64,000 bases of DNA. Source: Cyanobacteriota bacterium (GTDB lineage Bacteria; Cyanobacteriota; Cyanobacteriia; Thermostichales; Thermostichaceae). The stretch spans positions 32,001 to 96,000 of the forward strand of contig JANRIL010000038.1 in the NCBI GenBank assembly GCA_033764955.1, written 5' to 3'. The translations under genes and the position numbers were made by a program. Of the stretch, positions 1 to 8,077 are shown piece after piece (the first letter of the stretch is position 1; every line of letters begins with the position of its first letter). The notes under the pieces were generated by a model, which worked only from the letters and a program-made list of their open reading frames with translations, did not search any database and had not been told where the DNA came from.

Positions 1-299
1 CGACAGGCGGCCATTCCTACCACCAAGAGGGCTTCCCAAGCGGTGTAACCCAGAGCCTCCCAGCGATCCGCGGCTAGTCCCGACTGACTGGCTTGCACCA
101 CACTATCCACAATCAGTTTGCCCACATAGGCAATCGCCGCCGGTAGGATCCCCCCCAGCAGGGTGAGTCCCGCTACTATTAGGGTCAACCGCGCATGGGT
201 CGTCCAGACGAGACGGATGGCTCGCCAGATAGAGGGCAATAGGCTTTTAACCGGGATCCGAGGATCAGCAGGACGAGGAGGCGAGACCGCAGACACCAT
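1..299 (-). CDS. ABC transporter fused permease/ATP-binding protein, N-terminal part (runs off the window)
   Basis: Manual translation from ATG at 299: MVSAVSPPRPADPRIPVKSLLPSIWRAIRLVWTTHARLTLIVAGLTLLGGILPAAIAYVGKLIVDSVV, a typical first TM segment of MsbA-like exporters. Confidence 0.7.
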   Translation of the reverse strand, partial: MVSAVSPPRPADPRIPVKSLLPSIWRAIRLVWTTHARLTLIVAGLTLLGGILPAAIAYVGKLIVDSVVQASQSGLAADRWEALGYTAWEALLVVGMAAC

Positions 300-456
300 G
301 CCAATGAGCGCACAACAGCTTCTAGCATGGCACTAGCAATCTGTGGATCCCAAGGGTAAATGGGTTACCGAGTCGCGGTTGTTTTCGGCAGGGATTGATC
401 AAGTCTTGGGATCCTAGGGGTAAGCTGAGCATGGGGCGCAGAGGATTGGCAGGGTT

Positions 457-882
457 ATGACGGACGATCGGGATCCGCAACGGAAAGTCAAAGAAACCTG
501 GGCATGGGTTGCTCTGGTGGGTGTTTTGGTGCCCGGATTGCAGTGGTTACTTTATTTGGGTCATTTTCATCCCCAACAAAGGAAATGGGGCTGGATTTAT
601 TTGGGGATAGGATTTTGTTTTCTGCTGCCGATTGGTGCCTTAAAATATCTCAGTTTGCTACCTCGCCTCGCCTGTTTGTTGGAGGGGTTGTGGCTATTGA
701 GCATGAGCAATGAAGAGTTTGATTCCCGATTTAATCGAGAGCATTCTGGCCTAGAGTGGACGAGTGTGATAGGGCGGGCGGCGTTGGATCCCGAACAACA
801 ATTGGAAGCGATGAAACGGAGTGGTTTGATCACCGAAGCCGAATATCAACAACGACGGCAGGAATTGCGAAAAATCACTTAG
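457..882 (+). CDS. Small membrane protein (TM2/NINE-like N-terminus, SHOCT-like C-terminus)
   Basis: Hydrophobic helices, then a C-terminal LEAMKRSGLITEAEYQQRRQEL SHOCT-type motif. Confidence 0.6.
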   Translation: MTDDRDPQRKVKETWAWVALVGVLVPGLQWLLYLGHFHPQQRKWGWIYLGIGFCFLLPIGALKYLSLLPRLACLLEGLWLLSMSNEEFDSRFNREHSGLEWTSVIGRAALDPEQQLEAMKRSGLITEAEYQQRRQELRKIT

Positions 883-963
883 ATTTTCTTTGCTAAGATT
901 AAGTTTCTGATTGTTTCTCCGTCAGGCTTTGCAAAACACCCTTCATCCAATCTATCCATAACG

Positions 964-1761
964 ATGCGTCCTGCTGTTTTCCCTTGTCTGGCTGTCGTTG
1001 CTGCGATTTTGCTGGTTTTAGGACTAGCTCCGTCCCTTGTTCTTTCTCAAGAGCCGACGGAACTACTGATCTCTGCTGGGGCGAGTTTGAAAGATGCCCT
1101 CAGCGATATTCAAACGCTTTATCAACAGGAACAACCCCAGGTGAAGTTGACCTATAACTTTGGAGCATCGGGATCCCTCAAGCAACAAATTGAGCAGGGT
1201 GCTCCTGTGGATGTCTTTATCTCAGCCGCCCCTCAACCTCTCGCTGATCTGGAAGCCAAAGGGCTTATTTTAGAAAACACCCGCCACAATTTATTGAGCA
1301 ATCGTCTGGTGGTTGTGGTTCCGACTCAAGCGACTGGAGGAAGGGATCCCATCACTACGCTGGCAGATTTGCAACGCCCCGATATTGAGCGCATTGCCAT
1401 GGGGGAACCCAACAGTGTTCCAGCAGGGCAGTATGCCGAACAAGCGATTGCTTCCTATCAACTGACAGAAGCCCTTAAGCCTAAATTAATTTATGCCAAA
1501 GATGTCCGGCAGGTTTTGAGCTATGTGGAAACAGGGAATGTGGATGTAGGGTTTGTCTATATCACCGATGCCAAAGTTTCCCCGCAGGTCAGGGTGGCCT
1601 TCGAGTTGCCGCCGGAGTCCCACAGTGCAATTGTTTATCCGATGGCGGTCATCAAAACCAGCGAGCATCCCACACTAGCCCAAGCCTTTGTGGAATTTTT
1701 GCTGGAGGATGCTGAGGTGCAGGCGATTTTTCAGAAATATGGCTTTCGTGCCCCCGACTAA
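964..1761 (+). CDS. modA: Molybdate ABC transporter substrate-binding protein
   Basis: Signal peptide; SAGASLKDA, NFGASGSLKQQIEQGAPVDVFISA, SVPAGQYA, DVRQVL motifs. Confidence 0.95.
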   Translation: MRPAVFPCLAVVAAILLVLGLAPSLVLSQEPTELLISAGASLKDALSDIQTLYQQEQPQVKLTYNFGASGSLKQQIEQGAPVDVFISAAPQPLADLEAKGLILENTRHNLLSNRLVVVVPTQATGGRDPITTLADLQRPDIERIAMGEPNSVPAGQYAEQAIASYQLTEALKPKLIYAKDVRQVLSYVETGNVDVGFVYITDAKVSPQVRVAFELPPESHSAIVYPMAVIKTSEHPTLAQAFVEFLLEDAEVQAIFQKYGFRAPD

Positions 1762-1781
1762 GCCAAGGTCTATCATCAATT

Positions 1782-1867
1782 CGATAACGTTCCCGACCAG
1801 CAGCGGCAGATAACCTTGAACTCAGCACCAGCGGTTCTCGTCCGTCCGCACCAACGCAGTGTTGGGC
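1782..1867 (-). mobile_element. Integron attC-like recombination site (attC1)
   Basis: Minus strand reads GCCCAAC-actgcg-TTGGTGCGGAC...GCCGCTGCTGG-tcgggaac-GTTATCG (86 bp), beginning 7 bp after the vapC stop; R''/L''/L'/R' layout. Confidence 0.75.
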
Positions 1868-1874
1868 TGCGCTG

Positions 1875-2258
1875 CTACAAGACGCTAACTAAGTAGGCAC
1901 GAACAGCTGCATCTACTGTAGCAATGGTCAAACCGTTTTGTAATGCCTGACAGATGAGCATTCTGTCAAACGGATCACGATGCAATGGTGGCAGTTTAGG
2001 CAGTTGAATCACACTGCTTTCATCAAGAGCAAGGCTGGCAATTTGATGAAGGTCACGTTGCTTAGGTAAATATATTTCGGGAGGTTCTGGCAGGGGTAAC
2101 TTGCCCAACTGGTACTTGACAATTGCTTCCCAGATTGAAACTGAACTCAGATAGGCTTCGTTGTCTGGATCACGAATCGCATCCCGAACGTCCGTTGATA
2201 ACTGAATGTCACCGCTAATGAACCATAAGAAAATATGCGTATCTAGCAAAATTCTCAT
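1875..2258 (-). CDS. vapC: PIN-domain (VapC family) toxin
   Basis: MRILLDTHIFLW...SSVSIWE...HRDPFDRMLICQA...TIATVD. Real start is the ATG at 2258, which overlaps the antitoxin stop (ATGA). Confidence 0.92.
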   Translation of the reverse strand: MRILLDTHIFLWFISGDIQLSTDVRDAIRDPDNEAYLSSVSIWEAIVKYQLGKLPLPEPPEIYLPKQRDLHQIASLALDESSVIQLPKLPPLHRDPFDRMLICQALQNGLTIATVDAAVRAYLVSVL

Positions 2259-2491
2259 TTGCCCTCGAATGCGTTGAGCAGATCTTCCGGTAAAGAAGCG
2301 TCGAAATCGTCTGGAACAGTAAACTCGCCTGCACATAAACCAAATGGTCGTAATTGCTTACTATTGACAACAGGTTTAAGTTCAGCAATCGGCTTGTTAG
2401 ATCTAAAAATGACAAGCGTCTCGCCCGCCTCTACTTGATTCAGATACTTAAGAGGATCGCGCTGAATATCATCAACCGTTACATTCAACAT
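2255..2491 (-). CDS. Phd/YefM family antitoxin
   Basis: LNQVEAGETLVIFRSNKPIAELKP...RPFGL...VPDDFDASLP; directly upstream of the PIN toxin. Confidence 0.9.
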   Translation of the reverse strand: MLNVTVDDIQRDPLKYLNQVEAGETLVIFRSNKPIAELKPVVNSKQLRPFGLCAGEFTVPDDFDASLPEDLLNAFEGK

Positions 2492-2547
2492 TGGCTTGCC
2501 TCAATACAACTCGACATATACATCAAAATCCAAAGCAGTGAAACATT

Positions 2548-3039
2548 TCAAAGCTTCTCTAAGTAAAGAGTTTTGATCTGAAATGCAACTTTTCTAGCCT
2601 GAATCAAGGGTATTGGATAGCCAATTGTGTTGTACCCTTTATTGGCTACACTTCTTTCTTTGAGAGACTTCTGTAATTCCCAAACCAAAGCCCTTAGCTT
2701 TCCTGGTTTGAAGGCAATAATTTCCTGCTCTGGTATGAGAAAGATCCAGTAATCGGCTTGTGAACTCCACCCCCATCCTGGAATAAGCTCCTTGTCATTT
2801 GAAACAGTTTCAAAGAAAAGGTTGCCTGTTCGTTTAGCAGCCATGTCAAATTTGTACTCAATCGTGATGACTGATCCATCTAGACGTGTAACGACTCGAT
2901 CAATCCCTGATTGTTGGTACTTCAGATCTTCAGAAACATCCAGCACCTTATAAGTAGAGGATAACCATTGGTCTAGGAATGTTTCGCCTTCCTGCCCAAC
3001 TTTGCGCTGAGTGTGAAAATCGTACTGTCTAGTTTGCAT
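2548..3039 (-). CDS. PD-(D/E)XK superfamily nuclease (putative)
   Basis: GQEGE...GID...IEYK catalytic-type motifs followed by TGNLFFE...GW. Probable start is the ATG at 3039, overlapping the upstream ORF end (the track starts at 3072). Confidence 0.7.
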   Translation of the reverse strand: MQTRQYDFHTQRKVGQEGETFLDQWLSSTYKVLDVSEDLKYQQSGIDRVVTRLDGSVITIEYKFDMAAKRTGNLFFETVSNDKELIPGWGWSSQADYWIFLIPEQEIIAFKPGKLRALVWELQKSLKERSVANKGYNTIGYPIPLIQARKVAFQIKTLYLEKL

Positions 3040-3256
3040 AGATGTAAGGGATGTAGAGTTGAACATCATCATTGCCTTCTCGCCGTATGGGAATCCCTGC
3101 CCACCGTGTCACCCAATTTACTAACGCTCTCAAGGAACTAGCTCGACGAGGATTTGTGGTTCCTCCGCAATCACCCAAACTCACCGCAGAAATGATCTCT
3201 TGGATTAACTCTTTGGTAAGTTCTTTGTCACCACGAGTTGTTTCTTCAATGATCAT
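3029..3256 (-). CDS. C-terminal segment of the winged-helix (DUF7226-like) protein, split from 3253-3897
   Basis: TTNPRRASSLRALVNWV resembles the terminal ST..RRAST...W motif of restriction-associated wHTH domains; it joins the upstream ORF by a -1 shift at 3268-3274. Confidence 0.6.
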   Translation of the reverse strand: MIIEETTRGDKELTKELIQEIISAVSLGDCGGTTNPRRASSLRALVNWVTRWAGIPIRREGNDDVQLYIPYIYAN

Positions 3257-3897
3257 TTGAATCGGGTAAAACCCAACAAAGCTTCTGCTAGAAGACGCTC
3301 ACGAGTCTCTGAATCATTGCTCTGAGCAATTCGTTGACCTCGCTCCGTCAAAACATAAGTGCTTGTAGATTGCTTTTCAATTTGACACCGACTAGCAAGA
3401 CCAATCTCAATAATAGGTCGCCCAAGATAGTCACCTCTCCTTGCCAGATCTTTATCTTTCTTTGCACCACTACCAAATGCAATACCTAAATCTTTCGGAG
3501 TGTTGATTCCACAATGAATTAATTCAACAGTTCTGATAAATTTATGCGGATCACCGATTTGGGGAATGTAGACGGGTTGATCCTCACCACTGCGAAGATC
3601 TTGCTCTAGAGCAGTTCTCCAATCGATTGAGTGAGACATCTGTTTGAATTCATAGAATCTGATCTCTTTCCTGGCAACATCGACAGTATAAGTAATCTGG
3701 AAGGTTCGCCCTGTGATTTCATAGACTAATTCTGTAATACCTGGCTTTATTCCACAGCTAGCTCCTTTGACTTCACCACATTGTTTGAGAGTCTCTAGAA
3801 CAGGAGAAAGTTCTTGCTCCAATTCAGCATCCCAAAATGCGTTTCTATCGAAAAACGTTGATTTAACTTGATAATCGAAATACGTAAACCTGTACAC
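3253..3897 (-). CDS. RelE/ParE-like N-terminal domain fused to a winged-helix (DUF7226-like) domain
   Basis: GTG start with AAGGAG RBS at 3905-3910. N-term ELVYEITGRTFQITYTVDVARKEIRFYEF (RelE-like beta strands); C-term IPQ...RRGDYL...IGL...YVLTERGQRI...RERLLAEALL. Confidence 0.55.
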   Translation of the reverse strand: MYRFTYFDYQVKSTFFDRNAFWDAELEQELSPVLETLKQCGEVKGASCGIKPGITELVYEITGRTFQITYTVDVARKEIRFYEFKQMSHSIDWRTALEQDLRSGEDQPVYIPQIGDPHKFIRTVELIHCGINTPKDLGIAFGSGAKKDKDLARRGDYLGRPIIEIGLASRCQIEKQSTSTYVLTERGQRIAQSNDSETRERLLAEALLGFTRFK

Positions 3898-3918
3898 TTT
3901 ATCACTCCTTAAGTTGAA

Positions 3919-4314
3919 TCAGATCTGAATTTCAGAAGGAAGAAATAAAACTTTATCGGCATCACCGATCAGCGGTAGTGAAAGGTGATGAGTGAAACGA
4001 GGCGATACGAATGCAACAACTCGTCTTTTGTGAAACGTTAAATAGATACAGTCCGTACCTCCCAGAAGCTTTTCCCATGCTTCGGTTAACTGGTCCCGGA
4101 ACTCAGTCAGAGGAACTTCTTCACTTTTCTGAACACTAATTTCGCTGTCTCCAGAATTAAGTTCATCAATATCTTGAAGAGGAAGCAGGAAAGCTGCCAC
4201 TTCTCCATAATGAGTACACACAATGCGTAAGTTACCCGACTGAACCTGTCGCCTAAGTTTTGGCAGTTTGACCCGTAACTCTGACATTGGGATTTGCTTA
4301 AAACGTTTGTTCAT
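3919..4314 (-). CDS. Tandem-duplicated Phd/YefM-like protein
   Basis: Two Phd-like repeats: QIPMSELRVKLPKLRRQVQSGNLRIVCTHYGEVAAFLLP and EVPLTEFRDQLTEAWEKLLGGTDCIYLTFHKRRVVAFVSP. Confidence 0.65.
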   Translation of the reverse strand: MNKRFKQIPMSELRVKLPKLRRQVQSGNLRIVCTHYGEVAAFLLPLQDIDELNSGDSEISVQKSEEVPLTEFRDQLTEAWEKLLGGTDCIYLTFHKRRVVAFVSPRFTHHLSLPLIGDADKVLFLPSEIQI

Positions 4315-4340
4315 GTTTACCAGCCCTATCCCTACACCTC

Positions 4341-4369
4341 ATAATGGCAAGGAATTTATTAACTGTCAA
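4341..4369 (-). promoter_or_regulatory. Sigma70-type promoter inside the cassette
   Basis: Minus strand TTGACA-17 bp-CATTAT with TG at the extended -10 position, 26 bp upstream of the 4314 start. Confidence 0.65.
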
Positions 4370-4522
4370 TAGTGTATCACGTTTTTTACATTTTTAGTCC
4401 AAACATCACTGAAATTAGTGCTTTTGGGGGTTTAGATTTTAAGGTGAGAGATGGCTTGAGGTGGCTAAATCCAGAACTCTAGCAGGGAATGCTCAGGCTG
4501 CTGCCCCACCGAGAACTAAGCA

Positions 4523-4610
4523 GCCCAACGGCTAGGGTCAGCGGCGGCGAAAAAAAATAGGCCGCACTGTGAGAGATCTCTGCGCTGTCCGCTGCACCAA
4601 CGTGTTAGGC
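4523..4610 (-). mobile_element. Integron attC-like recombination site (attC2)
   Basis: Minus strand GCCTAAC-acgttg-GTGCAGCGGAC...GCCGCCGCTGAC-cctagcc-GTTGGGC (88 bp); matches RYYYAAC...GTTRRRY with paired inner boxes. Confidence 0.85.
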
Positions 4611-4688
4611 ATGGCAAAGCTGGACTGGACAAAACATGGGAAAACTCGATCGACTCATCGCTAAAAATATTAAACCACGATCGTGTAA

Positions 4689-4785
4689 TATAGCGATGTG
4701 CAGTCGTATGAGGTAGACAAGCATGGGCTACAATCTAACCTGGCAAAGGATTTTACTGTACCTCTCGCCAGCGAATACCGCCATA
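4689..4785. repeat. Degenerate TATAGC-ended inverted-repeat element
   Basis: Left arm tatagcgatgtgcagtcgtatgaggtaga versus reverse complement of the right arm tatggcggtattcgctggcgagaggtaca (18/29 identical). Confidence 0.45.
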
Positions 4786-4825
4786 AATCGATATCACCCA
4801 ACACAGAAATATATATTCTGATTCT

Positions 4826-5113
4826 TCAGTGCCGTGCGAACCAGTATGGAACCTCAGCATTATGAGCTTCCCATAAGTTTTGACATGCAAAATTGATGAA
4901 TTCACATGCAACTTCGTGTGCTGACATATCTTTAGGTATTTGTTCTGCGGCATAGAAAGCGTCGTCCATATTAATCAGCGTGCCAGTCGCAGAGAAAATG
5001 TGTCTACGTTCTTTAGGGTCTTCTCGTAGAGATAGATTTATTGTGTTGACAATCAAAGTGGTTTGAACTTCTGTTATGAATTGAAACTTTTTCCATTCGA
5101 ACTCATTATTCAT
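4826..5113 (-). CDS. Hypothetical protein, probable integron-cassette ORF
   Basis: 95-aa AT-rich ORF upstream of, and co-oriented with, attC2. Confidence 0.6.
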   Translation of the reverse strand: MNNEFEWKKFQFITEVQTTLIVNTINLSLREDPKERRHIFSATGTLINMDDAFYAAEQIPKDMSAHEVACEFINFACQNLWEAHNAEVPYWFARH

Positions 5114-5148
5114 TTTTCTTTAGATTTTGTGATTATTGAAACTGTTGC

Positions 5149-5276
5149 ATATAGCAATCCTATAAGAGTTGTGAAAGCTAGGATCCCTGAGGGATCCCCC
5201 CGCCCTATCGGGCACCCCCCTTAGCAAGAGGGGCTTGGGGGGATCGGTTTTCACGAATCATTTAGGCTTGCTATAT
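5149..5276. mobile_element. MITE-like element with 28-bp imperfect terminal inverted repeats and a GC-rich internal hairpin
   Basis: atatagcaatcctataagagttgtgaaa versus reverse complement of the right end atatagcaagcctaaatgattcgtgaaa (23/28); internal C-run/G-run palindrome. Confidence 0.7.
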
Positions 5277-5469
5277 AAAGTTGGTAAGCTTGATTACCGC
5301 CATTCTCATTAAAAAATTTCTTAACTCGGTCTAAAGATACATATAGATAATCCTTACACAAACCACATGGAAGTTGGCTAGGTTGACTACTTCCTAACAC
5401 ATGGTATGGCTGGCTCTGTGGATTACGCCCTGCATTACATGCTGGACATGGAAACTGATCCTGATTCAT
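5251..5469 (-). CDS. Small putative zinc-binding protein
   Basis: Two CxxC motifs (CPAC, CGLC); its stop codon lies inside the MITE arm. Confidence 0.5.
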   Translation of the reverse strand: MNQDQFPCPACNAGRNPQSQPYHVLGSSQPSQLPCGLCKDYLYVSLDRVKKFFNENGGNQAYQLYIASLNDS

Positions 5470-5950
5470 AGAGTAGCTTGATTACAAAGTGAGCAGACAA
5501 CTACTTATTGCTTTTGCACATGAGTCTAGCCATGTATTATACGGAAAATTTCTGGGTAATACAATCAATGGGCATGTTATCCCGATTTGCTCCGGCTAAG
5601 CTTCTTTGAAGCATGTTATGCCAAAATATCCAATGTTTTGTTTCGAGACCAGTAGCTAGGGTCAAGGAAAGCAAAGTATAAATACTTGGGTTTTTAGATA
5701 GAGATAGCCAGCTATCACCCAGAAAATTGCTTGACTACGTGCGTGATGTGATGTCAACCATTACTTCTATCAGGCTGAGATGGCTGATGTGCAATGGATG
5801 TTTCATTCTGTACCTATTGAACGCTATTCCAGGATGCGGCGGGATGAAGAGAGGGATCCCTTGCGGATGAGCTATGACTCCTCAGCACGCAAGAAAGGTG
5901 GAGGCATTGCATCCAGAATCCGATTATTCGCTTTAAATTGATGACCTGTC

Positions 5951-6724
5951 TTAGCGCAGTTGATAGCTGAGGGTATAGGATCCCAGCGCGGGATCCTCAT
6001 AGGCATTGACGCGAATGGTGTAGTCGCCGGATTGTTCCAAATAAATCGCTAAAAGAGCATCGGATCCCCCCCCTTGGTCATCATCTTGTCCAATCACATC
6101 CCCCTGTGCATTCACTACCTGCACAAACGCATCGAACTCAGCACTGGCTAGTTTAACCAGTAGGGTTTGTCGGGCTTTGCCACTGATCGGATATTCATCC
6201 ATCCAGGTTTGGTCGTCGGGATGTTGGGCATCGCCTTCGGTTAGGGATCCCGTCAGTTGGGTTTCCCACTCTACATCCCCTAGGCTGTAGCTGAGTTGAT
6301 AGTCCCCTGTGGCTTGCGGGTCAAACGTGGTGGCGCGGATCGTATAGGTGCCCGCTTCCGGTAGCTGTACCGCCAAAAAAGCATGGACATCGGGTCCTGC
6401 ATCGTCATTAAAGGCGATAATTTCCCCTTGACTATTGAGCACCTCCAGATAGGGATCAACATCGCTACTTTCCATCCCCACCATCAAGATTTGTCCGGCG
6501 CTGGCTTGAATAGGAATGGTATCCCCATAGGTTTCATCGGCGGGGTTGAAGGGATCCCCGACCACTAAGCTGCCCGTCAGGGTTTGGCTGCCCCGATAAA
6601 ACATCGTCGCATCCGTCTCAAAAGCAGGCAATCCTCCACATCCCACCACGGTTATCCCTGCTGTCAATAGAGTTAGATATAGATATCGCCACCCCAACAT
6701 TGGTCTCATCATCCTCCCTCCCAC
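5951..6724 (-). CDS. Lipoprotein with two PPC-like (pre-peptidase C-terminal) domains
   Basis: VVGC lipobox; repeated D.YL.V.N..G..I..(N/D)DD.G...A.L...L...G.YTIR motif. Confidence 0.75.
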   Translation of the reverse strand: MGGRMMRPMLGWRYLYLTLLTAGITVVGCGGLPAFETDATMFYRGSQTLTGSLVVGDPFNPADETYGDTIPIQASAGQILMVGMESSDVDPYLEVLNSQGEIIAFNDDAGPDVHAFLAVQLPEAGTYTIRATTFDPQATGDYQLSYSLGDVEWETQLTGSLTEGDAQHPDDQTWMDEYPISGKARQTLLVKLASAEFDAFVQVVNAQGDVIGQDDDQGGGSDALLAIYLEQSGDYTIRVNAYEDPALGSYTLSYQLR

Positions 6725-6825
6725 ACTTGGCTAGCCCCAATCCTACTCGAAACTTTTTTAGAGGGATCCCACAGGAAGCGGGCTGATGCTGGATAGATTA
6801 TGGGGCGTTGCTGGATCCCCAGCAC

Positions 6826-7752
6826 TTATTCCCCGATCATCCAGTCTTGCAGCATGGCTTGCCGTCGTGGATGACGCAGCTTCCGCATCGCTTTGGCCTG
6901 AATTTGGCGGACTCGCTCGCGCGATAACCCAAAGCGCTGTCCAATTTCGGAGAGGGTGTGATTGTGTCCGTCCTGCAAGCCGTAGCGCAGTTTAATGATT
7001 TCTTGTTCGCGGGGGGTGAGCTGGGTTAAGACTTCATCCATCTGGGTGGAGAGCATTTTTCCGTCCAACTGAGCCTCTAGGGGAAGTTCGCTCTCCGACT
7101 CGATCAACTGCAACAGCTCCGTATCTTCATCCTTGCCCACCCGTGCGTGCAGGGAGAGGGTTTGCCGCCCTGCATCCAAAATGGCATCCAGTTTATCGGG
7201 GGTGAGATCAAGAGCCTCGGCAATCTCCGCTTGGGTGGGTTTGCGTCCCAATTGCTCGGCCAGATCCCGTCGGATCTTTTTGACATGGTTCAGTTTTTCC
7301 ACCATGTGAACGGGCAAGCGCACCAGGCGGGACTGATTGGCAACCGCGCGGGTGATCCCTTGGCGAATCCACCAATAGGCATAGGTAGAAAACTTATAGC
7401 CCCGTTCATAATCAAACTTTTCGGCAGCCCGCATCAGCCCAATGGTTCCTTCCTGGATCAAATCCAAAAAGGGCACGCCCCGATTCAAATATTTTTTGGC
7501 AATCGACACCACTAACCGCAGGTTGGCGCGTACCAACTGCCGTTTGGCGCGTTCCCCACTCTCTCCCCCTTTGACAATTTGGCGAGCCAGTTCGACCTCC
7601 TGCACCTGAGTCAATAGGGGGTAACGAGCCATTTCTTTGAGAAACAGGCCAACCGAATCATCCGCTGGGGGGCGACGAGGGGATCCCTTGCTGTTGGGGC
7701 TAGAAATCTTGACATGAACGGAGGTGTTGGGGGGAGGAGCAAGGCTAGCCAT
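6826..7752 (-). CDS. Group 2 RpoD/SigA-family RNA polymerase sigma factor
   Basis: [58 protein letters not shown]; no region 1.1; likely start at ATG 7752. Confidence 0.92.
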   Translation of the reverse strand: MASLAPPPNTSVHVKISSPNSKGSPRRPPADDSVGLFLKEMARYPLLTQVQEVELARQIVKGGESGERAKRQLVRANLRLVVSIAKKYLNRGVPFLDLIQEGTIGLMRAAEKFDYERGYKFSTYAYWWIRQGITRAVANQSRLVRLPVHMVEKLNHVKKIRRDLAEQLGRKPTQAEIAEALDLTPDKLDAILDAGRQTLSLHARVGKDEDTELLQLIESESELPLEAQLDGKMLSTQMDEVLTQLTPREQEIIKLRYGLQDGHNHTLSEIGQRFGLSRERVRQIQAKAMRKLRHPRRQAMLQDWMIGE

Positions 7753-8077
7753 AGATCTCATCTCAGAAAGAATGACAGATGGTTCTGAAGGGAGGGCAAC
7801 CGTAGAAGCGGTTTTAGGATGGTGGCAGCAGAAAATAAGGAAGCCTACGTCGTCAAGTCGTGAGGAAGGATCCACCGCCCCATTAGGCTAGGTTTTGCCT
7901 CAGAGTTACCGTCAAATTATTGCTGCGATGCTACCGAGGCTGGATGGCTTTCGGCTGTCAAGTAGAATACAGACTAGCTTGCAAAAAGCTGAAATTCTCC
8001 TGAGCAGACCATCAACACAACGGATCCAGCCAATCAGGTGAGCCAGGAGATCTCACTAGTGCAATCGCTGGGGGTGG

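Noticed and set aside
2259..2336. Extended N-terminus of VapC in the ORF track
   Set aside because: Overlaps the antitoxin; the PIN motif starts at MRILLDTH with an ATGA overlap
7760..7980. Possible riboswitch in the sigma factor leader (GGCAAAACC on the minus strand)
   Set aside because: Could not build the conserved c-di-GMP or glutamine riboswitch structure by eye; an Rfam scan is needed
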